Below are positions 14,468 to 28,107 of a stretch of 64,000 bases of DNA, piece after piece; position 1 is the first letter of the stretch; every line of letters starts with the position of its first letter. The stretch comes from Pecten maximus (taxonomy: Eukaryota). Below the pieces are notes generated by a model. That model was not told the origin of the DNA, ran no database searches, and worked only from the letters and a program-made list of their open reading frames with translations. The DNA is taken from positions 33,480,001 through 33,544,000 of the forward strand of contig NC_047016.1 in assembly GCF_902652985.1 (NCBI RefSeq). Reading direction: 5' to 3'. A program made the position numbers and the translations under genes.

Positions 14468-15189
14468 ACATTCCTTAGTGTATTATATACATCAACTTTA
14501 TATCTTATGGTTGTCGCTACATCTCGGTTAATGCATGTATAAGGTCACTGCTTTATAAATACATAAACACTAAAACATTGCACCAATATAATTATATGTT
14601 TGAATCTGGGATGTAATTAATACACTGATGAGCTCTAAGGCTTTATTAATCATGCTTTGCATTTTTATGAGTAGATGTTTGACTTTATTGCTGAAAAAGT
14701 ATATTCTAGACATGCATTTGAAATGTGATCTGATACAAAGATGACACTGACAACCTAGCTATCATATGAAGTATATCTGAATCATGAATAAATGTACATC
14801 GACATAAAGAAAATGGCATATTAACTCTAAAGCTATTAATCTATGCACAATACAGAATGTTGTATCTCTAATTAAGGTATTTTAAAACTAATTTTGCAGA
14901 TTAAGATTTGTGTGGAATGTGGAATGATTTCATCTGGAGTTAACGGATAACGTAGAGGGATATCCTCTCTACCTTCTTTTGTTAAGAAACACTATTTTCT
15001 TTTCACATTAATGACAAAGTGTGAATCATAACATTATGCACCTCTAATCTAATGCTAACTTAAAGAATAGGTGAATTGGTTATTAAGTTATTGAATTATC
15101 ATATGTGGTACTATGAACGTGGAATATAGACAAAACAACAATAAATCTTCGATAAGAAATATATGTCATCACTGAAATCTTAATGGCGA

Positions 15190-15440
15190 AATAGCTTTTG
15201 TTGTACGTTAATTCATTCTAATGTTGTTCCTTAATTCATTCTTATGATGTACGTTGATGCACTCTGATGATGTACGTTAATTCATTCTGATAATGTACTT
15301 TAATTCTGGTAACGTACAGTACGTTAATTAATTCTGATGATGTACGTTAATTCATTCTTATGGTGGACGTTGATTCACTCTGATGATGTATTTTAATTCA
15401 TTCTTATTATATGCTTTAATTCTGATGGTGTATTTTGATT
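15190..15440. repeat. Degenerate ~22-bp tandem repeat (TGATGATGTACGTTAATTCATTC)
   Basis: About 10 imperfect units visible. Confidence 0.7.
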
Positions 15441-16280
15441 AATTGGAACAGACTGAATTTATTAATACATTTATATTTAGAAGTGTTATTCGTTGTAGTG
15501 ATTTTTGTACATTCCTATGATCAGTATCGTCGGAGACCCACGTTTGCTTGCACTACGCTACGCTACAGTACTAATGATACGCGTCAATTAACCGTGGGTG
15601 TCCGACGATGATGCTCAGAGATAAACAGTAGATAGAAAGGCAGCTTTTGGATTAATTGTTACATTACATGTAGTAGTTTGTTGATTTGCGATGGAGTGAG
15701 TGACGTCATAAATAGAAAATTGAATAGATATCAAGAAGGATGAAAGAAGTGTTAATAGTGGGGTTTTTTTCTCACTTTTGGCGTATACTGCATATATTAC
15801 TAAATTCATATTTCGCTGACCTTATGTAACGTTTTAGCCCACATAAATCTAAATAAAAGCGGTAAATCAGGGCATGTGTTACGTATGTTAATACATTTAC
15901 TATTGATTTGTTTTAAATATTGCACATTTTGTTGTATGATTAATATTGGGTTTGGTGGCGGCGACACGTGTTACTAAATCGGAGAAATATAAAGTGATAA
16001 CGAATGATGTCCAAAGGGGGTAATGGACGATTGTTGATGTCTTGAGAAATGGACCTTTGTCAAAGAAAATAATTGACCTAATTCGCATGTGGGAAAATAT
16101 TGCAATAAAACTAAGTAGCATCAACAAATTTGAACATTTAAAAATATATTTATTTTTTTAGATGTTGTTATCGATAACATCAAATGCATATGTATTTTAA
16201 GGAAAACCATAGTCATCTACTGACAAAAGTGACCGATGAGGTTTTTTTTTTTTTTTTTTTTTTGTGGTTTTTTAATATAG

Positions 16281-17941
16281 AAGGCAGTAAAGATGAATTT
16301 GTACTGGGAAGTCTGGAAATTGGTGTTATAAAGTCACAATTGTTTCTCAGGTCATATCTGACATCTTTATTAACTGTATAAGGTAGAATTTTTATTTTAG
16401 TAGGAAACCCAGGGTGACACAATTGTTTTGTTTCGTAAAGTTACGGTATCCTTCTTTTTCTCTTGTCTGAAAGTTTGTCTAATCCTGATTCAAAATACAA
16501 GTACATAATTAATTGCTGTCATAGCAGTGAAGATCAATGATAATATGGGCGGCTTCACATTGACATTTTTTAGCATTCATTTAGTGTACATCTATTCCAT
16601 AATTCATCAAAATAATGATAAAAAAGGTAAAATAAAACAGTTGCTTTTTTTAAACAGCGTTTCTTATATTCAGATATATTATTCACTTAGTGTCAACTAG
16701 TGGCAATATGCATGGCCATTTACTATTCAAATGACAACTTGAATTGTCATCTACCTTAATTAAAGTTAATTGAACTTAAAAAAGTACAATAGTAAAATAT
16801 TTAAGTATAACATTCACACATATCAATGTTTGGTAAAATACAAAATTGATTATTTTAATTGTATTAAAAGACTACAAATGCAATAGATAAGACATTTACA
16901 GTAACAAAGGATACAAGAAAAACAACTCTTGGTAGAGTATTTGAAGTAGCAGTATCAACTTCTAGTTATCGTTCTTCTCCCGTGGACTGTTTGGATCTAT
17001 TGGCCTGTCTATGTCGTCATTTCCGGTGGTTATTTAGGTCATTTCGAGACCGATACATACTAATACTATCATTTTGACTATTCCCTCGAAACGCTAAGGT
17101 AAGTGATGTTTAACAAGCAGATGCTTAACTTTAAAAAGTTTATAAAAGTAACAATCCACTTAGTGGCCTTAAAAGCCTATTTTATGCATTCTTCAAATAA
17201 GCATCTGATCGTTATGATGCGATTATTTTCTTATTCTTTTCTCTATTTTTTAATAAAAAAAAATCACACTCAGGAGTAGCACACGTACCCGTGATGAAAA
17301 CAACGTACTAAGCGTTATGTATCTCGGAAATTTCAACCGCTCGTGAATATACCATAGCAACATTATATTTTAAGTTATTAATTGAAAAGGCATATCCGAC
17401 ATTGACATTTAGGTACCGTTTTCTGCTTGTTTTGTTGTGAAACTATTAAGTAGACATAAGTATCAGAAATACAATACAAAATTGATTTAAATGACCATAG
17501 GTGCTTTGCACGTATATAAGTCCAAGACCCATTATGTCTATAATCGGTCTTGGACTTATAAACGTGCAAAGCACCTATGAAATAAGGAAGTAACATGATG
17601 TAGGATCCTATAGGCTATACGATACAGGTTTTAACTCTTCTGTCTTTCAAGATACAGACTGATAAACTGTTGTAGGTTTATAATATTATGGTATTTATAT
17701 TAGCAGACATTCTGTGTTATTTTATCAAAAACTTCTTTTTAGACTTAACAATTCTGTAAATCTAAAAAACAATGATCGTGAGTGCGAGGCCCGGTCAGGG
17801 CATAAATCATATTTTTTCCCTTTCATTTGTGTAAATATGTTACTATTATGTATCTATGTGCGAGATATCCCGTTAGAAACAATTTTGACTTTATAACACC
17901 AATTCCTAGATTTCCCAGTACAAATTCATCTTTACTGCCTT
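16281..17941. repeat. Pair of ~68-bp inverted repeats (16281-16348 and 17875-17941)
   Basis: AAGGCAGTAAAGATGAATTTGTACTGGGAAGTCTGGAAATTGGTGTTATAAAGTCACAATTGTTTCT and its near-perfect reverse complement. Confidence 0.75.
16921..17098 (+). promoter_or_regulatory. Putative non-coding first exon/TSS region of innexin copy 2
   Basis: Conserved ACAACTCTTG...AGTTATCGTTCTTCT...TTTAGGTCATT...GCTAAG|GTAAG, also found upstream of copies 3 and 4. Confidence 0.55.
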
Positions 17942-18872
17942 GCAATTGTACGCTACGCTCCTTGAATAAGGTATGGTACTATGTATATCTTATTATTAGC
18001 ACAATGTATCATATGCAATATGTGTTTATCCGAAGGTAAAGGTTTTGAACTTATCATATAGGTCAAGGTAATTGGGTCAAATATCAAGGTCATTTGGGTC
18101 AAATGTTCAAGGATACATTTGATCTCTGAAAATTATCCTGACTTTTAGTATGCGGTTTAGGTTAAGATAAATCACATTTAAGCAGTTTACTTCTAGTAAA
18201 ATGTTTATCCGTTTATAGATTTTTTTTGACACCTCAAAACCCTACTTTTCACATAACGGATATATTTGAAATCATAAAATGAACTTTAAGACTTGAAAAG
18301 TACTTTTAAAACAACAGCAAAGATGAAGGTAAATATCACATTTTTGTTGCAGAAAGTGACCACGAAAAAAAATAGCTTCCATTTTGTTATATTTTAAGAT
18401 ATCGGAAATGAAAAAATAGAAACGCCCTATGTTATGCTGTCAAATGCATAGTCGCTTAAACTGTACATTGCCGCAGGCTCAAACTTTTGACCGGTCTGTT
18501 ATTAACCCTGATATCTCTTAACAGGTGACCTACCGTTTTAGTGGACTACCAAAGCCACCGCACGAATATTGACCGAATTCGAATGAATTTACCTCTAATC
18601 CCTATTCGATGATTGCATGGTGCCCTAACAAGAAATGCTATTTCCTTTGATACCCAAAATTCGAGAGTTACCATCGTTGGAGGGAGGGGTATATGGTAGG
18701 CCTACATTGTAATCTTAAAATGTATTGATGGAGCAATGATAGTATAGTGTTCAATAAAGTTATTTATGTGTTATATGTTTGAATCTTGACGTAATCACGT
18801 CTTAGAAACTTGTCTGGTTGTAATAGTTTTGTAACTGCTGATGAGTTATTGGTTTTCTCCACAGATAAAACC

Positions 18873-20764
18873 ATGGTTTGGCGTCCATTTGTACGACATT
18901 TGACCCAGTCCAGTGTCCGTCTAAATGACCAGTGTGGGAGACTCAACAGTACATGGACAGTGGGTATCCTTGTCCTGTTTGCGGTGTTGACGTATTGTGT
19001 TCAGTCTTCGCACGACGATTCAGTTTCATGCTGGACACCCACAGATTTCACACATCAAATGACTGTATATGCCAACAAAATATGTTCTGATTCCGGTACC
19101 TACCACGTCCCTTTGTCCGAAGATATTCCGATTAGTCCACATTTAAGAGATACAAAAGTATCTTCAAAAGAGTACAAATGGCGATGGCTTCCTCTCATCC
19201 TCCTCATACAGGCACTGCTGTTCAAACTTCCGGATCTTGTCCTATCTGTAGGACAGGGCCTAGTGGGATTCAGATTTACAAAGATATCAGGACTTACAGA
19301 TGGCTACGAGACACTTAATATGGCTGACCGAACCATAATGGGGAGACAAGTTGGACGGTACATGAAGAGCTGGATTGACTCAACTGTATTGAAAGGTTGT
19401 CCATGGGGATGGCTAACACTGCTCTTTCTGTTCACGAAACTTTTGTACTTCATCAACATCGTCACACAAGTATCTGTTATGAATGATCTCCTGAAATCTG
19501 AAAACCACTCTTCTTTTGGTAAACAGGTACTGAATGATATCGTTGGCAATGAAACGGTCGAATGGCATTCGTTTGATTCTTCACCCGACCGCATAGTATT
19601 GTGTGATTTTCCTATCCGGACACTGACCAACGTACAAAGATATACAGTGCAGTGTGCCCTCAATAACACAGATGATATCATGCACTACTACAAGATGATG
19701 TTGTGTTTCCTATGGCTGTGGTTAGTAGGGGTAACAGTTATAACCACGATCAGTGGTGTAATACAGCTACTTACAGTCCTGGTGCCAGTCTTTAGGAAAC
19801 GGTAAGTAAATATACATTTATTTACATTGAGAACATCCGGAACCTTCTTGATAGATTAAGTATAACGTATAAGGAAGGAAGTTACTCTTAATCAATATCT
19901 GCTGAAGACATACAGGAATTTAATTTCTTTTGTGTCTGTTTACTTTTTAACGCGTTTTAATTCCTTTGAATAGTAACTTATGACAGAATAAACACATGAC
20001 TTGACGTCCCTTTGAATTTTGCTACTGGAGATCATTTAATTCATTGAAATTTCTCTCACCAGATTTTGATATTACTTTTGACATATTTTGAGTTTTGGTC
20101 GCCTCATAAAATCATTTAAATCGTTAGCAACACTGATATTTAGAATGAGGAAACAGTTGTATGACGCAGTTTAATGTATTTTTTTTTTTTGCTCTATTAT
20201 GTCTAACTCTCTGAAAAACAATATCCCGCTTTTCATTTGTACAAACGTTTCATTATTTTTTATTTAAGTAACACAAATCATAATGTAAATCGTAGAATCT
20301 CGCTGCAAACACCACACATTTCAATTACATTGTATGTCGGATTCATGTTGCTTATGCTGCTACGCTATATTCATTCTTACAGATACATCAAGAGTTACCT
20401 GTATATGTCAAAGGAAGTGTCCCCATCTCCATCAGACAACGATATTGGCAGGTTTGCGGGGTCAGAAATAACAGAGGACGGTGTGTTCATATTGAAAGCG
20501 ATTGGGGAGGCATCTTCTGAACACCTGGTCAGGGACGCGGTCTTATATCTGTGGCATTCCACACATGATCAACACAGCTCTGTTCCTCAGGGACCACCAG
20601 CACACGGTGGTCCTCCGTCATACTTACCAGCGTCGCATGTACCGGGTCAGACTTACGGGCCAGGAGATGCGGCATCTCCTCCCATGGCTCCTCCACAACA
20701 GGTTAAATATCGACCTCAGACGGGTACTGAGGCTGCCCCTCTGATGACCCACCAACCAATATAA
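18873..20764 (+). CDS. Innexin family protein, copy 2 (436 aa; exons 18873-19801 and 20383-20764)
   Basis: Same motifs and intron position as copy 1. An acceptor ACAG lies just upstream of the ATG at 18873, so the 18810 start in the ORF track is intronic. Confidence 0.9.
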
Positions 20765-23375
20765 AAAGATCGTATTTTGTAACAATTGACATATGGTTAT
20801 AACAGTTTCGTAGAGGCAGAGTGTAGCTTATATCATAGTTATGGGATGATTTACATTATCTCATTATTCATAAACGAAATATATTGTTGATATACGCAGT
20901 CATTTTAATCAATAGATGTACAACTCAATTTATTTAGGTTGTAGTTACCTTTTATATTAATCCAATACCATTACTATATAACCAATGTATAAAATATTCA
21001 ATTTACAGATTATTTACTAGTTACCAATACATACTTTTTAAATCACAAGAATATGCCTTTTACTCAGGGCTAAGTAATACAGTGGCTGAACAAATCACTA
21101 CGTCAATAGGCACCCGAATGATCAAGACAATCATCAAATAACAAACAACAACCGGCTATGCATAGCATGACAAAAACCCAAAATTAAGTTTATGAATATC
21201 ATATACCACATGGCTCACAATTTCCAAGACCGTTATCCTATTGTCACAGAAGTGTAAACAATGATACTCCGTAATATTGTGTATTTGTATCGGCATACGT
21301 GAATATTCAATGCGGTTCAATATATGATACGTGTAGACCGGAGAGGTGAAGAAGCCTGGATGCCTCAAGTCTAAAGAAAGGAGATGATTCTATATACCAA
21401 CTGTGGCAACGTAATGGTGATTAAAACATGACCTTCCGTTTTTGTATTTTATCAAACCTGACTCATGAAAAAAACAAGTATTCACAAATGTTTCTTTTAC
21501 TTCTCATCACTACTGAAAGATAGCTTTCGGATTGATTCTCAAACATATTCGTCATTTTACAATGCAATACATACAAATAACTACATTATACATGTGATTT
21601 TAACACGATGTCTATATTTTGTAAATATTTACATTATTTTACTAACAATATTTTACATGCATGTTTTATATTGAATTTATGAAATAAAGTTAATGGTTTA
21701 CGTTTTGGAATGTGCTTCTTTTCGTTCTGAAATTATAGCTAATATACCGGCCAGTGATATATGCATGATCAAGTGCTTGAATAATGGGGAAATATCATAT
21801 CATTATATTGATACTGATAATTAGACATTCTTCCGAAGAATATTATGCTTTAACATGTAAAATTTGCAAGGCATAATAAGATATAATATTGTCTTTGATA
21901 TGTAATATGGTTTGAAACATGAACATATTCCAAACATCGTCGAAGGAAAAGTTGTCAAGGTTAGTTTGTTCGTTTTTATTGCCCGTATGACTTCGTCAGG
22001 GCATACACTTTTACCCCTATTCCCGCCGTCGCCGCATTAAGGTTATTTTCTTCAGGCCTTCTAATAAAAGCAGAAACGTGCTGCAATGATTATTTCTGGC
22101 ATTTAACATCACTTTGATGTCTCATATCTGCATGTTAATTGATTTTGTGAAGACATTGATAACATTATGGACTTTTAATTCAGGTTAAAGTTTTTTAAAA
22201 ACACTGATTTTTATTGTTACTCTGGGGGGGGGGGGGGGGGAATCTTGAAATTAATTCTTTTTGAGTATAAAACATGTATAAATTTAATTAAATTTCAAGT
22301 TTGATTTTCAAAATCCCTCTCAATAAATGCAACTTTCAAGGGTCCAATATTATCCAATTAAAACAGTATACTTTATTCATGACATATAAGGCTTGTATCA
22401 TTTTTGCTATTGATTTAAAAGGACCAACGTACTCATCGGTTAGAGTTAATCATTGCGTGTTAGTACAGTAAGCTGCAGGTTAAGGTTTGGTTTGTGAAGT
22501 TTCGATTTAATGATGGGTGTCATGTACTTGTAAATTATGTGGGCGCAAGTTTTATCCGGGTGTTGTCATGGTTATGTTTACAATGTTCTTTTCATTATCA
22601 TGGATACATTGTATTTGTGGTGGCAGAAAAAAAAAGAAACAATCATATAACGTTCCTGTTGTGAGTGTAATGGTATATATTACATAAACCGTGTTGTGAC
22701 CGCACATATAATGACACCGAGCAGAGCTGCGATTGGATTTAGATCATATTACTGTTTAAAGTGTTTCGTCAAAAGTTAAAAGAGGCACACGGTTAGAGAC
22801 TTAGGACAGAGAGATGTGGATTTAAGGTAATCGTAAGCCCATATTGGACTTCAAATCAGTGAAATAAAATGCTGTTTTAACTAATGTATACAAAACTAGC
22901 TTTTAGAAGATTACAACAGAAATACACCCAAGTCCGTTAAAGTAACTAAATTTAACGATATGGCGACCCCGATATGTACATTAGCATAGGCTCAAACAAG
23001 TATTCTATTTTGACCACAAGATGGCGGTGACTGAGACTTCAATTTTGTCCTATGACGTGTTCTTAAGAGTGACAGTAACACCCTATAGGATGGGTGGGGT
23101 TATTGACTATGTTTTAATGATATAATTTCGGTTTTTACTGTATAATCAAATACAAATGTATACAATTACGGCGCTTACACCATAGAAATGAACTATAAAA
23201 TTATCTACTTTAAAAGACAAGATAATTGGAAAACATTAGTTGAAATGTAATTAATTTGAAAAGGGAGTATACAGAGTATCGGGCACAAGATAGCCAAGGT
23301 ATAATTAATGTATGTTGCCTGAAGAGAAATGTTAGAAGGACTGAACACTGGTCCAAATACGTTATCTTATAATTC

Positions 23376-23558
23376 GAGTCAAACCTCGTTTTCTCCATGG
23401 CAGTTGGACCGTGAAAAACGTTGAGATATTGAATATTGAGTATTGGAGTAAACCGAATATATTCTATATAGAATTTTTACTGTCAGAAATGATTTTTTAC
23501 TTCGGGTTAAGCAACGTCTTTGCGTTATCAGAGATTGACATAACGAAAGTTGACGGTA
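23376..23558. mobile_element. Degenerate pogo-like MITE remnant; its right half recurs at ~30770-30830 in the paralogous unit
   Basis: GAGTCAAACCTCGTT ... AACGAAAGTTGACGGTA are decayed CAGTC-type TIRs, with TTCG(A/G)GTTAAGC subterminal motifs like the 10274 element. Confidence 0.4.
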
Positions 23559-23663
23559 TAGATAGGAATATCTTATCCAATCATCGCTTATAAAATCCAG
23601 ATATATTGAAGATGATTATTTTCGAATGATTTCAAAGCGTTTCTTTATTAATTTAGTACAGGG

Positions 23664-23795
23664 ACGATAACTCTTGCAGTCAACAACAATCTCTACTCAC
23701 AAAGTTATCGTTCTTCTGCTATTCATGGTTATTTCCGGTATAAGATTTAGGTCATTTATCGGCTGGTACATTTGTATTAGCTTTAAAAAGCTAAG
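23664..23795 (+). promoter_or_regulatory. Putative non-coding first exon/TSS region of innexin copy 3
   Basis: Conserved block ending AAAAAGCTAAG|GTAAG. Confidence 0.55.
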
Positions 23796-24344
23796 GTAAG
23801 CAACACACTACATGTGTATAAGCATGCATTTATTCTATACCATAGCCGATATCAACATAATACTAGCTGATAATACTGATGAACGTGTTAAAAGTAGGAC
23901 ATGTACATTTGATAGGTATTTAACTGAACGCATGAGACTGTAAATAAGTACACAAGTGTTAAATTAATAAGTGTGAGTAAGACTGAGAGACGAAAACCAC
24001 CGACCCGAAAACTTAATTCCCGGAAACGTGTTACTAAATACATCACAACGTCAATTATATCCCTGACAATCCCATAACAGCTATTACAAAATCTCACTTA
24101 GGTATTACAAAATAACAATATTGACATGGAGTAATATAAGCCTGATAATATAGTTATATAGCCGTCTGTCTTCGGTTATCGAAAGAATATATTGGTGAGT
24201 ATTTGGCATAAGAATATATCGAAATATGTCTGGAAATTCTAAGCAATATTATTTCAATTATACAATTTATCATATGCTTATCGGTCATATTTCAAAAGAA
24301 TACATCGTTATTTATTCGCGGAGCTATGTTGATCCAGTATTTTA

Positions 24345-24625
24345 CCAAATTATATAAGATATCTTATATATCATACAAGATATATATATGTTTATGAAAT
24401 ATCTTATATGTTTATGAGATATTTTATATGTTTATTAGATATCTTATTTAAAGTTTATAAGATATCTTATATAATATATGAGATATCTCATTAAAGATAT
24501 CAGATATCTTATATCTTTTATAAGACATCTTATATCTTTTATAAGATATCTTATAAACTTTACTTTATAAGATATCTTATATAATATAGAAGATATCTTA
24601 TATATTTTATAAGATATTATATAAT
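24345..24625. repeat. AT-rich ATAAGATATCTTAT tandem/palindromic repeat patch; related patch at 36805-36960
   Basis: Many imperfect copies of taagatatctta. Confidence 0.6.
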
Positions 24626-24896
24626 AAAGGTCATAATTTGTGTGTTTTTTGTACAATTCATTACATATTTAATACCATACAGTAGCACAGTCTGTTAAGA
24701 ATATAGCGGTTTAACAAAATTTAATATCCATTTCAGCAATTGTATCACATCACATATGACACGTACTATTACGTAAATCATAGAATAGCCGAGATGAATA
24801 TCCGAATCTATTTTAATGACATGATAGCAACAGATAGCCCCATAACAAATGCTGTTATTTTAGCCTGATTAATGAGTTATTGTTACAGATAAAACC

Positions 24897-26409
24897 ATGG
24901 TTTGGCGTCCATTTGTACGACATTTGACCCAGTCCAGTGTCCGTCTAAATGACCAGTGTGGGAGACTCAACAGTACGTGGACAGTGGGTATCCTTGTCCT
25001 GTTTGCAGTGTTGACGTATGGTTTTCAGTTTTCGCAGGACGATTTAGTTTCGTGTTGGACACCACAACAATTCACACATCAAATGGTTGCATATACCAAC
25101 AGAATTTGTTCTGATACCAGTACCTATTACGTGCCTATGTTCGAGGATATTCCTATTAGACCACATTTAAGGGAAACAAAAGTATCTTCAAAAGAGTTCA
25201 AATGGCGATGGCTTCCTCTCATCCTCCTCATACAGGCACTGCTGTTCAAACTTCCGGATCTTGTCCTATCGGTAGGACAGGGCCTAGTGGGATTCAGATT
25301 TACAAAGATATCAGGACTTACAGATGGCTACGAGACACTTAATATGGCCGACCGAGCCCAAATGGGGAGACAAGTTGGACGGTACATGAAGAGCTGGATT
25401 GACTCCACTGTATTGAAAGGTTGTCCATGGGGATGGCTAACATTGCTATTTCTGTTCACGAAACTTTTGTACTTCATCAACATCGTCACACAAGTATCTG
25501 TTATGAATGGCCTTCTGAAATCTGAAAACCACTCTTCTTTTGGAAAACAGGTACTGAATGATATCGTTGGCAATGAAACGGTCGAATGGCATTCGTTTGA
25601 TTCTTCACCTGACCACATAATAATGTGTGATTTTCAAATCCGATTAATGAGCAACGTACAAAGATATACAGTACAGTGTGTCCTCAGTAACACAGATAAT
25701 ATCATGCACTACTACAAGATGATGTTGAGTTTCCTATGGCTGTGGTTAGTAGGGGTAACAGTTATAACCACGATCAGTGGTGTAATACAGCTACTTACAG
25801 TCCTGGTGCCAGTCTTTAGGAAACGGTAAGTAGAACCTATTTACCTACATTGTAAACATCTGGATCCTTCCTGAAAATATTAAGGTTAATGATTGATATA
25901 TTTGCACGTTATTATGTACGTTTTATATATAAAATAAGTATGATATATCATGATAACATACATACATACATTAATTTGCATTCCTTATGCTTATGTTGCT
26001 ATGCTATATTCGTTCTTACAGATATATCAAGAGTTACCTGTATATGTCAAAGGAAGTGTCCCCATCTCCATCAGACAACGATATTAGCCGATTTGCGGGG
26101 TCAGAAATAACAGAAGACGGTGTGTTCATATTGAAAGCGATTGGGGAGGCATCTTCTGAACACCTGGTCAGGGACGCGGTCATCTACCTGTGGCATTCCA
26201 CACATGATCAACACAGCTCTGTTCCTCAGGGACCACCAGAACACGGTGGTCCTCCACCGTACTTAACCCAGGGGCCGTATGTACCGGGTCAGACCTACGG
26301 GCCAGGAGGGACAGTATTATCTCCTCCTCCAACGGCTCCTCAACAGGTTAGATACCGACCTCAGACGGGTACTGAGGCTGTCCCGCTAATGCCTAATCCG
26401 CCAATGTAA
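24897..26409 (+). CDS. Innexin family protein, copy 3 (438 aa; exons 24897-25825 and 26022-26409)
   Basis: Same motifs and intron position; closest to copy 2 over the first coding exon. Confidence 0.9.
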
Positions 26410-28107
26410 AATACGAGTGTTACAGTTTCGTAGAGACAAACCATAGCTTGCTTAACGCGAATAAAGTAATCATAAATGTTGTTGTTAATAATATTGATAC
26501 TAAGTCATTTTAATCAATCCAAGTGTTATGGTGTAGTCAAGGTTGTATGAGTGTGTAACCAGTACTACATAGCCAATGAATAAAAGTTACCAGTACAAAA
26601 ACATTCAATCTCTTCTACCCAGAACTTAATAACACAATGACTGAAAAAAATACTCCATAAATTGGCACACAAAGGATCAAAATAATTACCAAGTAACAAG
26701 GTACTATGCATAAAACGACAAAACCAAAAAACAGTTGTGTGAATATAATGTACCACGTGGTTCTAAGTTTCTCAGACTGTTATCCAATTCGAATAGTGTT
26801 TAAACATCAATAATCGTTAAAATTTGTATTGGAATTCCCGAATGATATATTTGACGGTACAATATATAATACATTCAGGCCAGAGGGGTATAGAAAGCTG
26901 ATGGATGCATTAAATCAAGGAGAAAGGAGATAATTACAGTTCTATATTCCAGCATATGTCTGAAATGAGATAATCTTGAAATTGTGATTCCAATATTGAC
27001 TTCCGTTTTTGTTTCATTTCGAACCTGACTCGGAAAATACGAATTGTTTACAAAATATTATATTTCTTTCACTTATTAGCACTGCTGAATATTTGTATTC
27101 TTACTGAATCTCAAACAAATTCGCCATTTTTTTCAAACATTTGGTATACATTTTAAAACAATTGAATATATATTATGTACTACAGTATACAAAGTACATG
27201 ACTATAAAATACTGTTGTTTGCCTTTTGTGATTTTATCACGAAATGTGTATGTTTTGTAAATATCTACAATGTTTTGCTAACAATACTGTGCATGTACAT
27301 GAATGTTTTATATTTAATTGATAAAATAAACTTTAGATTTCACTTTTTAGAAATTAATTCCTTGTGTTACTTTTCTTTCTGGAATTTTAGCAAATATACA
27401 GCCCAGTCATATGTGCATGATCCAGTATTTACATAACAGAAAAAGATCTATATATATATATATATATATATTATAACTGAAGATTTTCCCGAAGAATGTG
27501 AAACTGACATATGTTGACTCCGCAATTAAGGTTTATATTTTACACTTTAAAGTTTACTTAGTTATGGACTTATTCCTTTACTCCGATTCCATCCATCCGT
27601 CCGGCACCACAATTTTGATCAAAGATTTCAGCAAGACGTTTAGGCCTACTATTGAAAGAAAACACTTCTGAAATTTTAGCTTCTAGCAATTAATATCACT
27701 TTGAGGTTTCATGCTTGATAGGAATGAATTTTCTGAAATTTAGTAACAGCATTAGGGACTTTAAATATAAGTTATAGTTGTTTTGTGGACACTCTATTGA
27801 TATAAGATAGTATTGCAATGATGCGATTAGTATTCTAACAAAGTGGTAGAACATTGATTTTGATACATTAAAAACTTAAAAAGTTTTAGTTTGAATTTCA
27901 GAAATACTTTCTATCAACTTTCAAGGGGCTAAAATCATCTTATTAAAATAAAACTGGTTCAGCATATATACTTTATTCGTGATTCATGACACATATGACA
28001 TATTGTTTACTATTGAGCTAAAAGGAAACACTGTCTGTGGTAAAGTGAGCTGCTAGAAACAACCAAGAAAATAATGGTTTTACGGCATGTTGTATGGCTT
28101 TAGACCC

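Noticed and set aside
3389-22240. Poly-G runs (3389, 12063, 22223)
   Set aside because: Simple homopolymers common in such genomes; no supporting context.
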